A DNA stretch of 62,752 nucleotides, taken from an uncultured Desulfomonile sp. Lineage in GTDB: Bacteria > Desulfobacterota > Desulfomonilia > Desulfomonilales > Desulfomonilaceae. Made by a program: the position numbers and the translations under genes. The stretch is taken from assembly GCA_964401595.1 (NCBI GenBank), contig CAYNZA010000003.1, positions 1-62,752 on the forward strand, read 5' to 3'. Below are positions 58,948 through 62,752 of the stretch, piece after piece. The notes under the pieces are model-generated. The model ran no database searches, had not been told where the DNA came from, and worked only from the letters and a program-made list of their open reading frames with translations. The stretch's first letter is position 1. Each line of letters begins with the position of its first letter.

Positions 58948-59880
58948 CTACTGAATTTTTTTCAGAAGTTCAGAGATGAGCAGTTCTCCGAAGCTTGTGT
59001 CCTCAAAGCCCGTCGTTCCTACCAAATAATGACCTTCCCTGAGTACCATCACGTTACCTTGATAGAGGTCAGCGCCGGAAAGTGAGTCGTACCCGAATGT
59101 TCTTGAGGTATGATCAGACAGTTTTCCATTCTTGATTAATTTGTCTCTGAAAAGTCTCATAGCTTCGGAGGCCTGTTCTGGATTGTCAAAAATGGCCAGG
59201 AAAAGGTTGCAGTCTGTCTGAGTTGATGTTTCCCCCGAAACAGCTTTTTGCCCGGCGTCGCCATAGTAAGACGCCTTGAAACCGCCTTTCATGAACTGGT
59301 TCCCCAATAATCCCTCAGGGTAATATTCTATGGAGCCCGGCTTGAGTCCATTTTTAGGGAAATAGCCGATTTCTTTGGGTGCATCTGAAATGCCTGATAT
59401 TAGTCTCTCTATACTTTTTGACACTTCTTTCAATATAGTGTCATCAGGCCGGCTCGATTGAAGCGCCACGAAATATCTGTCCTTGTAAAAAAGAGCGTAT
59501 CTATCCCTGAAGTAGGAATCGGACCCGATTCCTGCCGGACTTTCAGACTGGCGAAATCTCGAGAATATGCCAAAAGCCTGAAGAGGAGTGACCATATCAT
59601 AAATATCTATGTCAATTTTTTCATCCGGGGAATTTATTTTTTGCAGAATAGCGAAAACAGATTTATCAAAACCGTACTTAACAAAAAGATCCGCTTCCCC
59701 ATTGATATGCTCGAAGAGTGTTTCCCTGGTGAAGACTTCAGGAGCTTCATTAAATGCCCAGCCGGCAGGCGCTTGCCTGGGAAGCAAAGATTCAAGCGAT
59801 TCTGACCAAGGAAACGCCATCGTGGTGAGGCATGGAATGGCCAACGTTGTTAAGAAAATTAAAAAATAACGCTTCAGCAC
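58948..59880 (-). CDS. Exported hypothetical protein
   Basis: GGAGGA lies 6 nt upstream of GTG 59880, giving the signal peptide (M)LKRYFLIFLTTLAIPCLTTMA. I do not recognise any catalytic motif. The listed ORF starts at TTG 59913. Confidence 0.55.
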   Translation of the reverse strand: MLKRYFLIFLTTLAIPCLTTMAFPWSESLESLLPRQAPAGWAFNEAPEVFTRETLFEHINGEADLFVKYGFDKSVFAILQKINSPDEKIDIDIYDMVTPLQAFGIFSRFRQSESPAGIGSDSYFRDRYALFYKDRYFVALQSSRPDDTILKEVSKSIERLISGISDAPKEIGYFPKNGLKPGSIEYYPEGLLGNQFMKGGFKASYYGDAGQKAVSGETSTQTDCNLFLAIFDNPEQASEAMRLFRDKLIKNGKLSDHTSRTFGYDSLSGADLYQGNVMVLREGHYLVGTTGFEDTSFGELLISELLKKIQ

Positions 59881-59906
59881 AAAAATTCCTCCAAAGTGGA
59901 CTGACC

Positions 59907-61052
59907 TTAGCAAAACTTACTGTAAGCCGTTTTCAATTGCGCACGAATATCGAGTCCGTTCCTACAGGAGACTGCGCATGAAGAACAATCGGCGCATATC
60001 TGAATTTTAGCCAGATTATCGCCCGTCCGGAAGACGTCTGAGGCAAGCTCTTCATTTTTGTATCCCTCAGAATAGAGAACCGCTCTAAGTAACTCGCAAT
60101 GAGCCACCCCATTTGGGCAATTGCCTGAACAACCGCCGCACATTGTGCAGAATCTGCCCTGTATATGGGCCTGATACCGTTTTAAATCATCCAGGTCTTT
60201 TTGGGTGAGGAGTTTTCCCATGACAGCCGCAGCCTCATCTATTTGTTCAATTGTAGTCACTCCGGGAACAGCGGTTGCGATATTCTTGTCTGTGAGGACA
60301 AATTTCAACGCGGCCTGATGGGGGTTTAATCCACCCATTTCCTTCGATTTCAGACCACCGGCCTGTGTCTTCATGGCGATGATGCCTATGTTGGACCCGG
60401 CGGCAGATGCAATGGCCTCTTTCAATTCATTAGTGTGAGTAAAGTTGTAAGAGACAAGAGCCACATCGTGCACATTGGATTTTGCTGCCTCGCGCATCAG
60501 AGGAGCCATGTCCGTGTGAGTAGAAAATCCGGTAAAGCGGGCTTTGCCTTCTTTTTTCATCACTTCAAGGAATTTTATCAAATTGGGATTGGATACCTCT
60601 TCGGTTTTCTTGAGAGAATGAGCCAGCAAGACATCCACATAGTCTGTCTTTAATCTCCTGAGGCTGGTCTCAACCGATTGTCTGTTCTCCTTTTCAGTGC
60701 CGCCGACGCGAAATTTGGTCTGAATGAGGACTTTGTCACGTTTGCCCCTGAAAACGTCTCCAACCATTTCCTCATTCTTGCCCCCCATGTAGGCGTGGGC
60801 CGTGTCGAAGAAGTTTATGCCCAGATCGAACGCACGTCTGAGCACCGATGGATCACTGCAGTTCATGACTCCCATGCTCACACTGGTCACCTTCAACCCC
60901 GTTTTGCCCAGAGTCCGGAATTGCAATGAACCCGCCTTCTGACCATCCGCAAAAGAAAGATCGAGATTCCAGAAGGGTGTAGTGGCCAGCCCCACCATTG
61001 CACCGGATGCTCCCTTCAAAAATTTACGTCGCCCCATTTCTTTTGAATTCAT
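59907..61052 (-). CDS. Aldo/keto reductase with a Tat signal peptide and a C-terminal Cys-rich Fe-S (ferredoxin-like) domain
   Basis: The twin-arginine motif is GRRKFLKGASGAMVGLA. The AKR core includes INFFDTAHAYMGGKNE. The C-terminal cysteine clusters are CTMCGGCSGNC and CADCSSCAVSC. Confidence 0.8.
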   Translation of the reverse strand: MNSKEMGRRKFLKGASGAMVGLATTPFWNLDLSFADGQKAGSLQFRTLGKTGLKVTSVSMGVMNCSDPSVLRRAFDLGINFFDTAHAYMGGKNEEMVGDVFRGKRDKVLIQTKFRVGGTEKENRQSVETSLRRLKTDYVDVLLAHSLKKTEEVSNPNLIKFLEVMKKEGKARFTGFSTHTDMAPLMREAAKSNVHDVALVSYNFTHTNELKEAIASAAGSNIGIIAMKTQAGGLKSKEMGGLNPHQAALKFVLTDKNIATAVPGVTTIEQIDEAAAVMGKLLTQKDLDDLKRYQAHIQGRFCTMCGGCSGNCPNGVAHCELLRAVLYSEGYKNEELASDVFRTGDNLAKIQICADCSSCAVSCRNGLDIRAQLKTAYSKFC

Positions 61053-61523
61053 GGTGTCTCCTTGTCGTCATCAGAGAGTCTTTTGCGTCGTTGGAATGTT
61101 CATTGCCCTTAGTAGCAGTCATTTCAGCTTCAAGTGTTTTCAGAAATTTTCATCCGCCAATCAACAGGTTGTTCGGGAAATCTTCTACCGATGCCTGCCG
61201 ATCGAGAAATCAGACTTCCCAACATGTATTATCCGACACAATATATTCCAGCACAAGTCAATTCATGTTCTTCAGCAAGATCAGACTCGCAGCATTGTCA
61301 AGAAACTTCGTCAACACCAAAGCGGGTCTGGAATTATTATCATCCGACATGATTCAACCATGAATCCCGACTACGATGAGTGAGTTTGAATCATTGCGAT
61401 GAGTTTCTGATAAAAGGTGGTTTATTCAATGGCTTATGTTAGCTTGGAGTTTCAGAATATCAGCTTGACAGGGCCATGACCACGGAATAAACTGCAGCAT
61501 CCGCAACATCAGGGGGTATTATT

Positions 61524-62495
61524 ATGCGACGCATGCTTTTAATTTTGTCTCTGGCTCTTGTAACATTGATCTGCGTTTTCGGGCCAGATGCCTCTAATGC
61601 GCAGTCACAGCCTTTTCCCAGTCGTCAGTTGAGTTATTTGATTCCCTTTGACCCCGGAGGTCAATCCGATGTGGAAGCTCGCAGGCAGCAGCCTCATTTG
61701 TCACGCATACTGGGTCAACAGGTAATCATTGATTATAAAGTCGGAGGAGGTGGAGCGCTAGGGTGGAGAGAGTTGGTGAAGGGAAAACCTGACGGCTATC
61801 TTTTTGCAGGGTTCAACATCCCTCATGTCATTCTACAGCCTCTCCAGCAGGACGTCGGATACAAGACTGAACAACTGATTCCTGTGGCAATATTCCAGAA
61901 AACTCCGGTGGGCCTGGCCGTGCCGCTCAACAGCCCTTACAAAACTCTGAAAGAATTTATAGACGCTGCCAAGAAAGAGCCGGGTAAGCTGACGGTTGGC
62001 GGATCGTCCTTTTTCTCAGGCCCTCATTTTGCCGTGATGGTGCTGGACAAGCTGGCTGGAGTCACTTTGGGTTACGTTCCTTTTACCGGTTCGGCTCCCC
62101 AGATTACAGCATTGCTTGGGGGCCACACGGACGCCGGTATGACCTTTTCTAATGACTTGGTTCGTTTCAAGGATAAGTTGAGGATACTTGCACTTGCTAC
62201 GGTTGAACGCATGAGTGAGTTCCCTGATGTGCCTACGTTTCAGGAACTGGGCTATGATATTGTCGAAGCAGTTGACAGAGGCGTTATTGTCCCGCCCAAC
62301 ACTTCCAAAGAGGTCATAAAGAAACTTGAAGAAGCTTTTCTGGAGATAGCCTCCAACCCCGAAATCAAGGCTGAAATGATGAAACAGGGTTTCATTCCCA
62401 TGTCTATGGGCGCTGCTGATTCGAAGATTTATCTGGACAAGCTGACCGATCAGTACAGAACCTTGTTCAAGGAGATTGAGGCGGCCAAAAAATAA
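61524..62495 (+). CDS. tctC: Tripartite tricarboxylate transporter substrate-binding protein (TctC/Bug family)
   Basis: It has a signal peptide, FPSRQLSYLIPFDPGGQSDVEAR and the later VPFTGSAPQITALLGGH motif typical of the Bug/TctC family. Confidence 0.85.
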   Translation: MRRMLLILSLALVTLICVFGPDASNAQSQPFPSRQLSYLIPFDPGGQSDVEARRQQPHLSRILGQQVIIDYKVGGGGALGWRELVKGKPDGYLFAGFNIPHVILQPLQQDVGYKTEQLIPVAIFQKTPVGLAVPLNSPYKTLKEFIDAAKKEPGKLTVGGSSFFSGPHFAVMVLDKLAGVTLGYVPFTGSAPQITALLGGHTDAGMTFSNDLVRFKDKLRILALATVERMSEFPDVPTFQELGYDIVEAVDRGVIVPPNTSKEVIKKLEEAFLEIASNPEIKAEMMKQGFIPMSMGAADSKIYLDKLTDQYRTLFKEIEAAKK

Positions 62496-62550
62496 TCCCA
62501 TACCAATAACATGAGATGTTTAATCAGTCTTTGGAAAGGGTAGCGGAGCC

Positions 62551-62752
62551 ATGACCTCACAAAGAACAGCGGACATTATCAGTGGCATTTTTCTTGCCAT
62601 GGTCGGGATAGTCATTGTTTTTGCAGCTTTTCAGATTAAATCCGTGTTTGGAGAAAGGCTTCCCCCCAAGACGTTACCCTTAATACTTGGGTCTATCACT
62701 ATTGTTACGGGAATTTTGCTTAGCGTGCGAGCCTACTTTTTTAAAGGCCAGG
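62551..62752 (+). CDS. tctB: Tripartite tricarboxylate transporter TctB-family small membrane subunit; the 3' end lies outside the window
   Basis: From ATG 62551 the translation is MTSQRTADIISGIFLAMVGIVIVFAAFQIKSVFGERLPPKTLPLILGSITIVTGILLSV.... It sits directly after tctC and runs off the window edge. Confidence 0.65.
   Translation, partial: MTSQRTADIISGIFLAMVGIVIVFAAFQIKSVFGERLPPKTLPLILGSITIVTGILLSVRAYFFKGQ

Noticed and set aside
59880-59913. Translational coupling (7-nt overlap) between the AKR gene and the downstream exported protein
   Set aside because: The overlap exists only if the TTG at 59913 is used. The GTG at 59880, with GGAGGA 6 nt upstream, gives a proper signal peptide and leaves a 26-nt gap.
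60982-61383. All three plus-strand frames are open over about 61134-61352 (ORFs of 133, 121 and 72 aa) in the AKR/tctC intergenic region
   Set aside because: The stretch is G-poor, which by itself depletes stop codons. The translations are low-complexity, there is no RBS, and the 5' part is antisense to the AKR start. It is more likely promoter or leader DNA. A candidate TTGACA-N17-TAAACT promoter for tctC at about 61465-61493 is too weak to list.

Overview
This 62.7-kb chromosomal window holds about 50 protein-coding genes. By eye I found no rRNA or tRNA genes, CRISPR arrays, transposases, integrases or phage genes. The gene content is a multihaem cytochrome c, PAS-rich hybrid histidine kinases with AHDFNN-type H-boxes, two Liv-type ABC operons, acyl-CoA ligases and a Tat-exported Fe-S aldo/keto reductase. 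This suggests an anaerobic Desulfobacterota/deltaproteobacterium-like genome, which is inference only. Layout: (1) 1-5286 is a catabolic-looking operon (enoate-reductase-like flavoprotein 3' end, SDR, acetoacetate-decarboxylase-family protein, 3-hydroxyacyl-CoA dehydrogenase) followed by a 598-aa beta-barrel-like outer-membrane protein. (2) 5704-6420 is an exported beta-carbonic anhydrase. (3) 6768-14028 is a tight six-gene signalling operon: haem-c sensor PP2C phosphatase, SiaB-like kinase, SiaC-like DUF1987 protein, two histidine kinases and an MscS channel. (4) 14043-19875 holds a sulfatase relic, an octahaem cytochrome-HEAT-TPR fusion, an exported HAD hydrolase and an intact sulfatase. (5) 20005-25843 is an EamA transporter plus a livKHMGF-type operon. 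(6) 26305-30420 is an exported TPR-CHAT protein and CreA. (7) 30623-41252 is a dense two-component cluster that includes one kinase gene broken by a nonsense codon and a frameshift. (8) 41557-47388 holds an MBL hydrolase, a DmpA-type peptidase, tatA, an ACT mini-ORF, a membrane-flavoprotein-SCP2 fusion and a flavin reductase. (9) 47851-56301 is a second Liv-type ABC operon flanked by two acyl-CoA ligases. (10) 56302-62752 is a long ORF-free leader, a small ORF, gdhA, an exported protein, a Tat Fe-S aldo/keto reductase and tctC/tctB. There is no obvious defence or mobile island. The best candidate for undescribed biology is the SiaABC-like partner-switching module at 6768-14028, which is wired to histidine kinases and a mechanosensitive channel instead of a diguanylate cyclase. 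All family assignments come from motif recognition in the supplied translations. No database search was run.
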